Shown here: positions 31,201-40,983 of the stretch, piece by piece
Layout of the letters: each line of letters opens with the position of its first letter
Numbering within the stretch: position 1 is the first letter of the stretch
Source: a virus
Strand: one strand, 5' to 3'
Length of the DNA: 64,000 nt
IMG/VR virus record: IMGVR_UViG_3300020000_000010
Location: 1 to 64,000 of that record
Program-made: the position numbers and the translations under genes
The notes under the pieces: generated by a model
Databases searched by the model: none
What the model was told of the DNA's origin: nothing
Seen by the model: the letters and a program-made list of their open reading frames with translations, nothing else

Positions 31201-34200
31201 TACTTACTATGTGTTTAGACAGAATGAGGCTTCTAATACTGCTTATGTAGCTAAAATGCCTGTACAAGAATTAAGTAAAAATGGTAAAGCTAATCAATCA
31301 GCAATAGAACAAGTATTTGATAGTTTGTTTAAACCAGAATATGAAAGAATATCAAGAGAATGGAAAGAAACTAATAAAACAGGTTCTTTTATTCCAGGAA
31401 ATATTAAAGGATTTAATGACAGTTCTATAGGTAGAGCTTTTAGCTTTACAGAATTTAACTACTTAGAGCAATATCTTGGAAAAGATGTTTATGAAACTCT
31501 TATAGAAAGTGCTAAAAATGAGGAAAATATAAAAGATAGAGAAGAACTTGTTAAGAAAGCTATTGAGAATTATCTTAATGATAGTATATCTGATTTTAAA
31601 AAGAAACTTGAAGAGAATGATCTTATAGAAATTGATGAGAATAATAATATTAAATATAATAAGTTATTACCTTCTAAATTAGTTACTCCTTATAAAAACC
31701 ATGATGAGGCTTTAGCAGAGGTATTTTTAAATGATTATATAATGTCTAGTAATCTTAATCAACTAATGGATGGAGATTATGGTAAAACTAGAAAAGATAA
31801 AGTAGATATTACTAAGAGACATAAAGGAGCTATGGGTTCTGGTATTAACTATGGTTCTGGTAATCACAGTATTTCCTTTATTAAAGATATTGATGTTTAT
31901 GTGGTTACTACACCAGAAGATAGTTCTTTAATAGATATAGTAGAAGTTAGAGAAGATAAATATATAGGAAGTAATGGTAAGGAATATACTAAAGATCAAG
32001 TATCTAAGATTACAACTAATGATGCTCAATCTTATAGTAGTATCTATCATAAGATCTTTAGTTTAACAAGATTGGGTAAACTATCTGATAGACATAGAGC
32101 AATCTATAAAGATATTCTACAATTTACTAAACTAGATAAAAACGGCAAAGTAGTTAGAAATTGGAATATAAATAAGAAAGATCAAAGATATTTAGAATTA
32201 ACTAATTCTTCTTCTAATCCAGATAAGACTGTAACCTTTGGTAGAGATATTTATATTAAAACATCTGAAACTCATTTGCTTAGAGGATTTATATCTTATG
32301 TAAAAGACCAAGATGTTCCTAAATTTATTAAATTAACAGATCAATTATTTGATTTAAGAGATACTAATGGCTCTAAACAAAGTAAAGAACTTATTAAAGA
32401 GATTGTTACCCTCTATAATCCATTACCAGGGAAAGAATATTGGCATAATCTGGCTCAACAGATGGATTTACATGGTATAGACCAAGTAGTTACAGAATCT
32501 GCTTCTAAAGGAGCTACCCTAACTCCAATAGATAGTGAACAAGAAGGATTTGATCTTTCTAAATCTATGATGGAAGTTCCTAATGTTTATAAAAGAGAAC
32601 AAATGGAAACTCCTACTGGTAAAAGTGTTATTACAGATTCTACTCAGTTAATGCAGTTAATTGATACAGAGCAAGATGATAATACAGAAGTTAGTTTTAA
32701 AGGAGAAACTATAACTGTAGGAAAACTTAGAGAGATTTATAGGAATCTTATGAGTAGGTCTAGAGGTAATGCTTTTAAAACAGCTTTAACTTATATTATA
32801 GAAAAAGATTCTAATGGTAAAGAAATTTTTGGAAAAAGCAAATTAGATAAAAAAGTAGAAAGAACTATTAATGAATCTGGAAGTGATGATTTCTTAATGG
32901 AATTATTTAGTACAAACGATATAGGAATTACTAAATTTAACTGGAATATGCTTCCTTTAATTGATAAAGCAGAAGCAATAGTTCTTGCACATTTTAGTAA
33001 AGGAGTATTATCACAGAAAGTTAATGGTACTAAGGTATCTTTGGTTTCCTCTAAAGGAGTTAAAATAGTTAGAGATGATTCTGGTAAAGTTGTATTATCT
33101 AACACTATCTCTAAAAATCCAGAAAAATATAAAGATTATGAATCTTCTGAATTAAAATATAATGTTAAAGATCCTGAAACAGGGGAAATATATTCTGAAT
33201 GTATTCTTTCAGAAAGAGTATTAACTAAAGCAGGATTAAAGATAGGAGATACTATTCCTAAAGAATTAGCATTTATGTTGGGTGTTAGGATTCCTACTGA
33301 CGATAAACACTCTATGATAGCTCTTAGAGTAGTAGATATTCTTCCTAATTATATGGAAGGTACTGGATTATTCCCAGATAAGATTGTACATCTCTCAGGA
33401 GCAGATTTTGATATTGATAGTTTATATATTCAAACTCCTAGTTATTATCTACAATATGAAAATAACAAATCTACAGAAAAGACTAAACCTATTAAACATG
33501 GTTCAGAAACTAATTCTATAGATAGGTTTGAAGGGTTTAAAGAATATCTATTAACAGATAAAGAGTTTAAAGCAGTATTTAGTGAATTATTAGAGAATGA
33601 TTCTAGATATAAAGTAATGAAGTTAGAAGATAGATCTGAGTTAGAAAAACTAGATTTTGAATCTAATGAAAGTTATAATGAGGCTTTAGAACTATATACT
33701 AAAGAATTAGAGGATATTAAAGATAAAATAGTTTTACAAACTATGGAATACTTTGGTTATCCTTTAAATCATAAAGACTATCAAAAATATATAGATAATC
33801 CTAAAAAAGGGGAATTAAATAAGTTAGTTATTGATAATGAGATACTTGAAGCAAGATTAGGATTATTAACTAATTCTCATATTCAGAAAGAGATAGCACA
33901 TGAAAAAACAAGTACTGATCCTTTTTCAGAAGAAGCAGACTTTATAGATGGTATTAAACCTATTCAGGAGGGCTTAAATGTTAAATATAGGAGTACTTCA
34001 GACTTAGTTGGTAAGTTTATAGCTTTCTTAAAAAATGCTGCTGGAAAGAAAGGAATTGGGCCTGTTGCTAATTCTTTACAATTATTTACTTTATTATCTA
34101 AAGCTAAAGCAAGATTAAATACTGATGCTTATAAACTAACAATAACTAGTAAAGATGATACAGTATATACTACTCAAAAGTTTAGAAACCTAAATACAGC

Positions 34201-36613
34201 AGGAGAGAGAATAGTAGGTTTATTAGGAAGTCTATTAAATACAATGACTGATAATGCTAAAGATCCTATAGCAGGTAGAATGAATTTAAAGTTAAACCTT
34301 TTAAATACTTATTCTATGCTATTAATGCAAGGATTAAGTAAAAGAAATTCTACTTTAATATTAAATGCTCCTATTATACAAGAGTATTCTAAAAAGAAAG
34401 AAACTGCTACTTTTGGAGTTAAAACAGCTTTTGAGGCTAGTGAGAAATCTTGGCAAATTAAAAATAGTTTATATTCTAAATATTTAGGTAAAGAACTTAC
34501 GGAAGAAGAAATAGAAGCAGAATTTAAAGATGTTACTTTTAATGCTAACCAAATAGAAGAACTTATTAAAGGAAATCTATCTAAAGAAGAATCAGATCTA
34601 TTAAATGCTCAACTATTTTATGCTTGGTTAAAGATTGAAGATCAAGCAGATACTTTATCTAATGTTAACTTTTTATTAAAATCTAATAAAGGTCTGCCTT
34701 CTAGCTTCAATGAATTAGAAAATGGTTTTAGTGAAGCTATAGGAGAATTAGGATTATCTGAATTAATAGGTTATCCTACTAAATTTGAGAATAAATCTCC
34801 TATAGATATGGTAGATATTATAAAAGGAGATAAACATACTTTAACTAATATGAAAATTATTAAGAAAGTATTAGAAGAAGCTCCTAATTTATTTATATCT
34901 CAATCTAAGGGTTTTAAAGAAGAATTTAATAAATTACTTACAAACCTTAAACCAGGTTCTATTCTTAAATCAGAAGTAAAGAAATCAATAGAAAGAGACT
35001 TCTTAGGATTCTTATCTACTAGAGCTTATAGAAATAAAATTAAAGAGATTATAGATAGTAAAGATACTAACGAAAATATGAAAGCTAGATTTACTAGAAA
35101 ACTAGCTAGTTTAAATGATTCTTTAGTTTTTCCTGAGTTAGATTCTACTAAACAAACATTGGCTAGAAGACTTTCAGAACTTAAAGGTTCTAATAATGAA
35201 TCTATTAGAACAAATGCTGCTATTAGACATCTTAATTATGAGTTTAAGTTTAGTAAGACTCCTGAAGGAATATTAGTTGAAAATAAAGATAATAAAAAGA
35301 AAAGAGATATAGTTACTACTAGAACTTGGGCTAAACCTTCTAAGACTTTAGTTAATGATATTATAGATGGTTTTAAACAATTATATTTAGTTCCAGAAAC
35401 TCATGATTTTGCTGTAGATATGTTTAACTATCTTATGGTTACTGATAATATGAGTTTTAGGTCTGGTAGTTTTGTTAAGTTTCTAGCCCCTTTTATGTTT
35501 AAAGAATTATCTGGAGGATTAGAAAGTCTTACTCAAGAATTGGCTAAAGAGAAACCTGATTATAAGAAAGTATTAGGAGAAGATATAAAACCTTTAGCTA
35601 AAGAGTTTAGGGAGATTTTTAATAGATATAAACCTAATTCTGATAAATTAATATATATAAATCCTAAAACAGTAACTAATATTATTAAAGAAGATAAATT
35701 AGTTTTTACTGAAATAAAGGATTCTGAAAAAGAATATTTAGGAAAGGTGTTAAAACAAGTAAAAGATAGTAAAGCTTTACAGTTTCCTGAATATATTAAA
35801 TATGGTAAAGAATATTATAAATTAGATCAATCTTTGAATGAAGAAGGAGAAAATACCATAGGTTATAGTTCTACTTATACTAAGACTTTTCCTTTTGGTT
35901 ATAGAGGATTAAGCCCTTATTATCAGAGTTTAGAGAATAATTTGAATACTTATGAGAGGACTTTTGGTAAAACTGAAGGTAAGAGTAAGGTAGATGAAAT
36001 TAAACTCCCTATAACTAATAAAATATTATTTGAAGAAGAACAGTCTTCAGGATATAGAGAAAGAACTATAAAAAATGCTTCAGCAGATGCTACTATTGCA
36101 TTGGCAGTAGATTTTAACAGTGCTGGAGAAAAATTAACAAAGTCTTCTGTAAAAGGACAAGATAAAAAATATATTCCTATAGACGCTAGTAGTTTGGAAA
36201 TAACTCAAGAAAGAGTAGGTAAAATTGTTGAATCTTTAAATTCTGTAAATGCTAAGTCTTTAAATATTGCAGGAAATGGTATATATACTATGAAAGGTAA
36301 ATATACTCAAGAAGAAGTTGACAAATTTACTTATGATTTATTAAAAGAGGTATTAGAGTCTTCTAATTTAAAGAATAAAATAGAATCTATAAGAACAGGA
36401 GGACAAACAGGATTTGATGAAGCTGGAGCTAAAGCAGGTATAAAATTAGGAATAAAGACTTTGGTTCTTGCTCCTAAAGGATGGAAATTTAGAAATGTAG
36501 AAGGAATTGATATTTCTAGTGAAGAACTGTTTAAAGAAAGATTTGAAGAAAATAATAATGATATAACACAATCAGATGTAGATAATCTACCTGATGTAAC
36601 AGAACCTTGTTAA
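25295..36613 (+). CDS. Giant virion-packaged DNA-dependent RNA polymerase polyprotein (zincin HExxH domain, two-barrel RNAP core, C-terminal SLOG domain)
   Basis: GADFDIDSL catalytic loop (DFDID at 33404-33418), GVRIPTDDKHSM, TNDAQSY, MTDNAKDP; YHEGFH (29171-29185)...EEYLADKF; C-terminal RTIKNA..LNIAGN..GGQTGFD. Confidence 0.9.
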   Translation: MPINLKDIIIGEKKPIESNLSFTKILRESPDKGESTDIQLGQYGVSNSQYDTNVTPENVKNLEEIRANKQSTWDKAGNGLANLAGRTITSGAEGILNPFIGTFNAIKDGQLSSYYDNPFTRTLEEVDKQIKEQVPFYSSNQEKEAHGFEKLLYGNTLWRDVLDGVGYSLGAIAGGGVYSKVFQGLAKMSAVGKAGEFIDKLHNIENASDKLKYIEGVNTTNKIKDGAQNGIIAGLGAMAESGANARGDKDEFIRNMTNEITKGTRELTEEESKHVQDLADEVGNTSFALNMPIIMLDNWITFGKSVFGNKLTDKLNLKELGEGLVKKDGKYEAIKGIVDKSYGTRKFIEPIISEGFFQEQSQYGITKGTNDYYKKKYYNPEAADFIDSFGEGVYQAYGTKEGWDQGIIGALSGGLMGNATTLITEGTKAYVDPNNYQAAANSLNNLPTKKIYTDLIDKAMRHGNLVKEQKESLDNNDTFSYENAKNDDFINYAFTKISYGKTDDLIKQLEEYKGMSEEEFKSNFGTTIDYNEFTKNKQSITQFIEDKINKVKDVQRAYSIIDERFPDASEGNKERLAYASLTIDNSRQRKNKLGQEVNQVLSGYHPSLGFVEQDPILASNYSTLNTNEKKKYVKALDKSGVLNPMDKDTILEKLDDIDKLEERELQFVKEYKELSKDHVQKANDIVDNEVKKKVNKAVNNPEEKPPIDTKKGKVEKPKPVSSNTVITEKPELNIDNFVYDIINGNIDKSPEAIEFYQNNKEEIEKRLVEERAKPVEVTQSLDDLLKTIKKSIPEETKGIFPTISNSNEIRIEKGLSTEKEILDVLLPMIKKGEDFNKYIKLKKVKSRYDKTINIVLVNLKTPEGIELKLGNIQSPDKIKDEQIKKLYDSLTPEKEYSQEDLQKMGVSFTLSKGEFDYLTEENIEGTLVKDITYPMKGEYIIDTEGEKAIVGSAFKPKDFLETVKNIPKNKDGSSLGRYILVIPEETGNRFVAVYPTKLKAIKEIEPLFKEFQNKALQLKKEPNESKRKELASEFNSSIKSKYYIGLKGQPGTLFSLEVSPDGSIRLVTEIKVGENLVKADKPIYVDNINKEDYTFDNLLRDLNKKLKNVTLTTDSFKVYLAKDATTIPKNKIGENFTTFLTPELVKNRNLKVLFDQEFKQESEVPKEEPKVKTLVSKEVKEQPIESRIKELEEKRKTAKGVEKAKLTKELNKLKKDIGFQDFEEAAEKIGTKTEEVLSQEEISWLKDNLPDFIKIDDISNIKLRLNKLGTTWGAFKDNIIYLNQNAGKGTGYHEGFHAIFRSLLTEDQISLYTKLAKKEMNLSKAELNTKINDIKERHPSLNNQQLEDLVYEEYLADKFADWKVNKGTSTNSIFKSFFKKIQDFFKWLFNIDESLESLFDNIDRGVFKSSIQQENKFTSINKPVYKALPASPKTEIDPITGKEFNTRRFLPSTRSTEIINTFAAKLKRASEIKENKGRPMPEVLLELIDSRIQRMFSEETDNYLESLPEVQKTLLEEKRDDEFWAITEGVEILKEQIFKKINSIKPTEEMDANHDDQGTQLMICDSWTIGGEESLSVIVRDWMEFSTYKKLDEITGSLEDFAIDSKFAYNGLTRGLAGLEESDILPRMIALSEDNDNINGVLQLLLQDTGMTIDEVGKLTEPTKNHNLVRMLIVSFKKYKANQLFSELEPIFGKDGFLDGFETKVYNANTNDPKKIQISSWSEEFEKVKDKKEFLKDTTSEISQLFRSEDTFKSEESIKENTKKIQSLFKQLGIDLSSGYIRYSLYKIIENENILTEKQKTFMDSFIEVVPINPNEVFGVIKNLIDKEIDWYSDEGILGRLSDLAENNAVFDETIGNSSFKNADGETVWDIIHGSYVLEEITRINNEAYRSSLKDDNFIKHNLLLTKYDKFLNTLKINITDGLRDTSKDGTSESKEGKVFGDFTEREYLLNVLAYFAEQKQLKGETHPSTYYVFRQNEASNTAYVAKMPVQELSKNGKANQSAIEQVFDSLFKPEYERISREWKETNKTGSFIPGNIKGFNDSSIGRAFSFTEFNYLEQYLGKDVYETLIESAKNEENIKDREELVKKAIENYLNDSISDFKKKLEENDLIEIDENNNIKYNKLLPSKLVTPYKNHDEALAEVFLNDYIMSSNLNQLMDGDYGKTRKDKVDITKRHKGAMGSGINYGSGNHSISFIKDIDVYVVTTPEDSSLIDIVEVREDKYIGSNGKEYTKDQVSKITTNDAQSYSSIYHKIFSLTRLGKLSDRHRAIYKDILQFTKLDKNGKVVRNWNINKKDQRYLELTNSSSNPDKTVTFGRDIYIKTSETHLLRGFISYVKDQDVPKFIKLTDQLFDLRDTNGSKQSKELIKEIVTLYNPLPGKEYWHNLAQQMDLHGIDQVVTESASKGATLTPIDSEQEGFDLSKSMMEVPNVYKREQMETPTGKSVITDSTQLMQLIDTEQDDNTEVSFKGETITVGKLREIYRNLMSRSRGNAFKTALTYIIEKDSNGKEIFGKSKLDKKVERTINESGSDDFLMELFSTNDIGITKFNWNMLPLIDKAEAIVLAHFSKGVLSQKVNGTKVSLVSSKGVKIVRDDSGKVVLSNTISKNPEKYKDYESSELKYNVKDPETGEIYSECILSERVLTKAGLKIGDTIPKELAFMLGVRIPTDDKHSMIALRVVDILPNYMEGTGLFPDKIVHLSGADFDIDSLYIQTPSYYLQYENNKSTEKTKPIKHGSETNSIDRFEGFKEYLLTDKEFKAVFSELLENDSRYKVMKLEDRSELEKLDFESNESYNEALELYTKELEDIKDKIVLQTMEYFGYPLNHKDYQKYIDNPKKGELNKLVIDNEILEARLGLLTNSHIQKEIAHEKTSTDPFSEEADFIDGIKPIQEGLNVKYRSTSDLVGKFIAFLKNAAGKKGIGPVANSLQLFTLLSKAKARLNTDAYKLTITSKDDTVYTTQKFRNLNTAGERIVGLLGSLLNTMTDNAKDPIAGRMNLKLNLLNTYSMLLMQGLSKRNSTLILNAPIIQEYSKKKETATFGVKTAFEASEKSWQIKNSLYSKYLGKELTEEEIEAEFKDVTFNANQIEELIKGNLSKEESDLLNAQLFYAWLKIEDQADTLSNVNFLLKSNKGLPSSFNELENGFSEAIGELGLSELIGYPTKFENKSPIDMVDIIKGDKHTLTNMKIIKKVLEEAPNLFISQSKGFKEEFNKLLTNLKPGSILKSEVKKSIERDFLGFLSTRAYRNKIKEIIDSKDTNENMKARFTRKLASLNDSLVFPELDSTKQTLARRLSELKGSNNESIRTNAAIRHLNYEFKFSKTPEGILVENKDNKKKRDIVTTRTWAKPSKTLVNDIIDGFKQLYLVPETHDFAVDMFNYLMVTDNMSFRSGSFVKFLAPFMFKELSGGLESLTQELAKEKPDYKKVLGEDIKPLAKEFREIFNRYKPNSDKLIYINPKTVTNIIKEDKLVFTEIKDSEKEYLGKVLKQVKDSKALQFPEYIKYGKEYYKLDQSLNEEGENTIGYSSTYTKTFPFGYRGLSPYYQSLENNLNTYERTFGKTEGKSKVDEIKLPITNKILFEEEQSSGYRERTIKNASADATIALAVDFNSAGEKLTKSSVKGQDKKYIPIDASSLEITQERVGKIVESLNSVNAKSLNIAGNGIYTMKGKYTQEEVDKFTYDLLKEVLESSNLKNKIESIRTGGQTGFDEAGAKAGIKLGIKTLVLAPKGWKFRNVEGIDISSEELFKERFEENNNDITQSDVDNLPDVTEPC

Positions 36614-36614
36614 T

Positions 36615-39422
36615 ATGGCAGATAAAAGTAAATGTAGAGTAAAGTATAAAAAGAATATTGACGAAGATATTAAGAAATCTATAGTTAAAAATGCTACTTC
36701 GTATAAAGTTGAAGAAGATAAAATTACTATACCTATTGGGGAAAATATAAAAACATTAGAGGCTACTAAATCTGTTGCTCAAAAACTTTCAGAAGAAGTT
36801 AATAATAAATATAATGCTGAAAAATATGGAGAAGTTACCTCTATAGAACCACATGAAGAAGGAACAGATATTAATATTCATATTCCAGATCTTCTATTAG
36901 ATGCTTATGAAGTTAAGTTTAATGAAAGAACTTTACAAGAACTAAGAGAAGCTAGAGAATCTAGTCCTTATAAGAAACAATATGTGTTCTTTACTAGGAG
37001 GTTAAAAGCATTAGAAAAAGATCTAAATAAATTGGATAAAGAATCTATAGAATATGAACAAAAATCTGTAGAAATAGATAATCTTTTAACCCAATTTGAA
37101 AGTGCTGTAGAATCTCAAGAACATGAACAATTTAGAGTTCTAGGAGCAGAAACATTAGATAGAGTAGAAGATTATATAACTAGAGTAGAAAAAGGAGAAC
37201 TTAAACTAACAAGTAAGAGTCTTGAATATTCTGAAGATGTAGCAGATACTTTTTCTGATTTTGAAGATTTATCAGATAGAGTTATTAAACTAAGAAAGAG
37301 ATTATATCCTTATATTAAAGAATTTACCTTAGATAGGATTAATAAATATAAAACAGAGAAAGAGGAGATTACTCAAGAAAAGGTAGATAATCAGAATAAA
37401 GATATAAATACTTTTACTAAAGGAACGGGTACTTTATCTGATTTAGCAAATTATATAGGAAGAACAATAGGACAGATTATTAAAGCTGCTCAAAATAGAG
37501 TTTCTACTAAAAATAAAAAGTTAACAGAAAAGATACAAAAAGAGATAGATCTTCTTTATGAGTATTCTAAGAAGAATAATATTCCTATACAGAATATGTA
37601 TGATATATTTATTCAAGAACATAAAGATACTTTGGTATTAACTAAACCTTTTTTAGATAAAGAAACAGAGAATCCTAATTATAAGAAAATTATAGAAACT
37701 CCTGAATTAAAGAGATTCTATAAATTCTACCAAGATACTATAGAAGAACATGAAAAATCTTTACCTATAAAAATGGGTAGATTCTTTATACCCAATATAA
37801 AGAAAAAGACTACTTTTGGTGTTATTAAATCTCTTATTCCTGTTAAAACTAATAAAGAAGGACAATTTGTGGGAGATGAAAATTTAATGGCTGATATATT
37901 AAATACTCAATATATCAAAAAGATTCCTTCAGATCAAAAATCAAGAGATTTAGGAGCTTCTTTATTACAGTTTGGAGCTTTTGCTAATAACTACGAAGAT
38001 ATGAGCAATATACTTCCTGAAACAAGATTATTACAGAAACAGTTAGAATATAAATATAATTCTGATGGTAAGCAAGTAGAAAGAACTTTTGTTAAATCAG
38101 CTGATCCTAGTAAAAGAGTTAATGGAAAAGAAAGTAATATATATAAGATGGTTGAAGGCTTTATAGAGATGCAGGTCAAAAATAATATGAAGCTTACGGA
38201 AGGTAAAATAAAAGTTGGAAATTTATATGATGAGGAGGGGAATCCTATAGGTGAAAAGTATATAAATGCATCAGATATTGCAGATACTGCCTTAAAATGG
38301 AACTCTTTATTAAGAATTGGATTTTCTCCAATTACAGCATTAAGCAACTGGTTATTTGGAGATGTGTCAAATATAATAGAAGCTGTAGGAGGAAGATTCT
38401 TTAATATAACACAATTACAACAAGCAACTAATATATTTTTTAATCAAAATTTTAATAAAGATTCTACCCTATATAAATGGTTAGAAAAACTTAATCCTTT
38501 AATGGAACTTGAAGATTTTGACCAAGTAGAAAAAGTTAAGTTAAAAACTTTAGAAAATAAAATGTCTCTTGAGAAATTTAAAGAATATTCTTATAGCATG
38601 CAAAAGAGTGGTGAAAAATTCTTACAATCAAGAACTATGCTTGCTGTATTAATAAAAGAAGGATATATTACGCCTAAAGGAGAAACTACTAAAGAAGGAG
38701 ATAATCTATCACAGAAAGAAATAGAGTTGTTAGCGGATAAAATTCAGAGGTTAAACCAAAGTATTCATGGTAGATATTCTAGCCGAGAATCAGCAGTTTT
38801 ACAACAATATACTTTATATAGACTTGTGTCACAATTTCGTAAATGGGTTCCAAGTGCTTTAGAATCAAGGTTTTCCAGTAAACATTTTGACGTGAGATTA
38901 GGTACAGAAATAGAGGGTAGATATGTTACTATGAAAAATCTTATAGTTAATTTATCTGATACTAGAAAAAGACTTTCTGAAGGTAAATTAACAGAATTAG
39001 AAATATATAATCTTAGGAAAACATTAACTGAAATTATATTAATGAGTGCTACATTCTTCTTATATGCTGGAATAAAAGGTTGGGATGATGATGAGAAAAA
39101 GAAAAGACTTAAAAATCCTTATGTTAAAGCAGGACTCTCATTACTAGGAAGAGTTAGTGGAGATATTGAATTCTTTTATAGTCCGGGAGAAGTAGTTAAA
39201 ATAACTTCTAATGCTATCCCTTTATCTAAAACAGTAGGTGATTTATTACAAGCTATTAAGTATTTGCCTGGAGCTTTAGGAGAAAAAGCATACTATAAAA
39301 CAGGAAGTAATAAAGGAAAACATAAATTTATTCATAAACTAGGAAGTGTAGTTCCTTTGGTAAAACCAGTACAAGATATTTTTAGAATAACCTCTGATAA
39401 TATACTTGAAGAACAACGCTAA
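36615..39422 (+). CDS. Large internal virion/ejection protein
   Basis: 935 aa, helical; HGRYS, QFRKWVP and a hydrophobic stretch before GWDDDE; last gene of the RNAP block. Confidence 0.55.
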   Translation: MADKSKCRVKYKKNIDEDIKKSIVKNATSYKVEEDKITIPIGENIKTLEATKSVAQKLSEEVNNKYNAEKYGEVTSIEPHEEGTDINIHIPDLLLDAYEVKFNERTLQELREARESSPYKKQYVFFTRRLKALEKDLNKLDKESIEYEQKSVEIDNLLTQFESAVESQEHEQFRVLGAETLDRVEDYITRVEKGELKLTSKSLEYSEDVADTFSDFEDLSDRVIKLRKRLYPYIKEFTLDRINKYKTEKEEITQEKVDNQNKDINTFTKGTGTLSDLANYIGRTIGQIIKAAQNRVSTKNKKLTEKIQKEIDLLYEYSKKNNIPIQNMYDIFIQEHKDTLVLTKPFLDKETENPNYKKIIETPELKRFYKFYQDTIEEHEKSLPIKMGRFFIPNIKKKTTFGVIKSLIPVKTNKEGQFVGDENLMADILNTQYIKKIPSDQKSRDLGASLLQFGAFANNYEDMSNILPETRLLQKQLEYKYNSDGKQVERTFVKSADPSKRVNGKESNIYKMVEGFIEMQVKNNMKLTEGKIKVGNLYDEEGNPIGEKYINASDIADTALKWNSLLRIGFSPITALSNWLFGDVSNIIEAVGGRFFNITQLQQATNIFFNQNFNKDSTLYKWLEKLNPLMELEDFDQVEKVKLKTLENKMSLEKFKEYSYSMQKSGEKFLQSRTMLAVLIKEGYITPKGETTKEGDNLSQKEIELLADKIQRLNQSIHGRYSSRESAVLQQYTLYRLVSQFRKWVPSALESRFSSKHFDVRLGTEIEGRYVTMKNLIVNLSDTRKRLSEGKLTELEIYNLRKTLTEIILMSATFFLYAGIKGWDDDEKKKRLKNPYVKAGLSLLGRVSGDIEFFYSPGEVVKITSNAIPLSKTVGDLLQAIKYLPGALGEKAYYKTGSNKGKHKFIHKLGSVVPLVKPVQDIFRITSDNILEEQR

Positions 39423-39439
39423 TCCAAAGAAATAAAAAG

Positions 39440-39474
39440 TTATGAAAGGAGGATTTTTAGTTCTCCTTTCATAA
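39440..39474. terminator. Hairpin between the convergent genome arms (probable bidirectional terminator)
   Basis: TTATGAAAGGAG...CTCCTTTCATAA perfect 12-bp stem. Confidence 0.8.
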
Positions 39475-39478
39475 ATCT

Positions 39479-40966
39479 CTAAATAATTTTCTTCAATCTT
39501 TCTCTAATTTCACTTAAAGAAGTTTGGTTATAAAATTTACCATCTTCAAAGATTGTTTGTAACAATCCCCCAGATTCTTCTTCTTGAGTACATTCTTGTT
39601 TTACATAGATCTGTTTTTTATCTTCAGATATATTAACCGCTAGTAATCCTTTTAACGATTTCTTAGTACCATCATCTGTTATAGGATCTTTATAAATATT
39701 AATTCCTTTACCATTATTTTCAAACCAAGCCCCTTTAGCCGCAAAACCAAAAGTATCTCTAGTATTATATTGATAAGTAAAAGAACCTACTCCTAATACA
39801 ATATTAGTAGCAGCAAAACCTTTAGTTGCTAATCTTTCATAGATTTGTACTTGTCTTTCTGTAGTAATAGAATCACCATAGATAGCTCCAATATGTGGAT
39901 CAAGAACTTTATATCCTTGCTCATTTACAGTTCCACCAAAAATATCCCAAAGAAGTTCTATTACTCCTTTAACTTCAGAGGTTCTTGGATTATCTAAATT
40001 ATGTGGAGAATCTGTACCACAAATAATATCTACAGGATCTCCAGAATCAGGTCTGATTACCAATTTACCATCTCTGGCTAAGATAAGTTTCTTAACTTTA
40101 GGATCAGCAATATACTCAGTAAGCAATTTCCATAGATCAAAAGTATCTGCTACAATTGAAAGAATTCCTTTTGGAAATTCTATTAACCAATCAATAATCA
40201 TTTGCTTTTCTCCAACTGTAAAAATTTTAGTTGTAGAAACAGAATGTTCAGAAGCATTTACTGAGTAAATACAAACTTTATCTTTTGGTTCATTATAAAA
40301 ATATCTTGCTCCTGGAATAACAATTAAAGTATCAGATCCACTATGGCTTGTAGCATGACCTAAACCACTAGATAACATATCCCAAGGAGATAGTCCTCTA
40401 GCAGAAAAATCATGGCACATATAATCAACTAACCAAAGATTAGCAGGATCTGTTTTCATTACCCACTCTATAGCATTTCTTTTATATTTTAAAGCTATAG
40501 TGGCAGAAGTACTTGGTTTCCATGCTAAACTACTAATTATTGTTTCAAGATATAAAGTTAACCATGCAAATCCATCAACGGTATTAATGAAAGTCATATG
40601 AGGAATATTAGGATCTGTTTCAATACCTTCAGGAAGAGCCTTAATTCTTATTGGCAAATATCCTAATGAATGTAAAGTATCAAAGTGTTTAGCATCATAA
40701 TCCATCATAAGATACATACTCATATCTTTTCCAAATTGTTGAGCTTCTTCTAAAGGTAATTTAAAGAAATTTTCTTCAAATTCATCCTTTAACCATATCA
40801 TAGTAAGTTGCTGACCACAAGAAACTATTTTAGTTACTCCTTTTGGAGCATATTTAGTACTTCTTGGAATCCAACTACCATATAGTTTAGTAGTTCCAGG
40901 AGCTAACATTTTTTTATGGCCCACTTTGTAACCATCAGTATAAAAAAGAGTGTTTGGTTTAAACAT
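39479..40966 (-). CDS. nadV: Nicotinamide phosphoribosyltransferase-family protein (likely NARP1 Namat, nicotinamide ADPR-transferase)
   Basis: TDGYKVGH, HDFSARG, SVNASEHSV, SIVADTFD, VIRPDSGDP, IYGDSIT, GVGSFTYQYNTRDTFGFA, KDPITDDGTKKS. Confidence 0.92.
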   Translation of the reverse strand: MFKPNTLFYTDGYKVGHKKMLAPGTTKLYGSWIPRSTKYAPKGVTKIVSCGQQLTMIWLKDEFEENFFKLPLEEAQQFGKDMSMYLMMDYDAKHFDTLHSLGYLPIRIKALPEGIETDPNIPHMTFINTVDGFAWLTLYLETIISSLAWKPSTSATIALKYKRNAIEWVMKTDPANLWLVDYMCHDFSARGLSPWDMLSSGLGHATSHSGSDTLIVIPGARYFYNEPKDKVCIYSVNASEHSVSTTKIFTVGEKQMIIDWLIEFPKGILSIVADTFDLWKLLTEYIADPKVKKLILARDGKLVIRPDSGDPVDIICGTDSPHNLDNPRTSEVKGVIELLWDIFGGTVNEQGYKVLDPHIGAIYGDSITTERQVQIYERLATKGFAATNIVLGVGSFTYQYNTRDTFGFAAKGAWFENNGKGINIYKDPITDDGTKKSLKGLLAVNISEDKKQIYVKQECTQEEESGGLLQTIFEDGKFYNQTSLSEIRERLKKII

Positions 40967-40983
40967 ATTAATATTTTTTAATT

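Noticed and set aside
14844-38347. Antisense ORFs within the nuclease, muzzle, cargo and RNAP genes
   Set aside because: I/F/S/L-rich mirror translations of K/E/D-rich sense genes.
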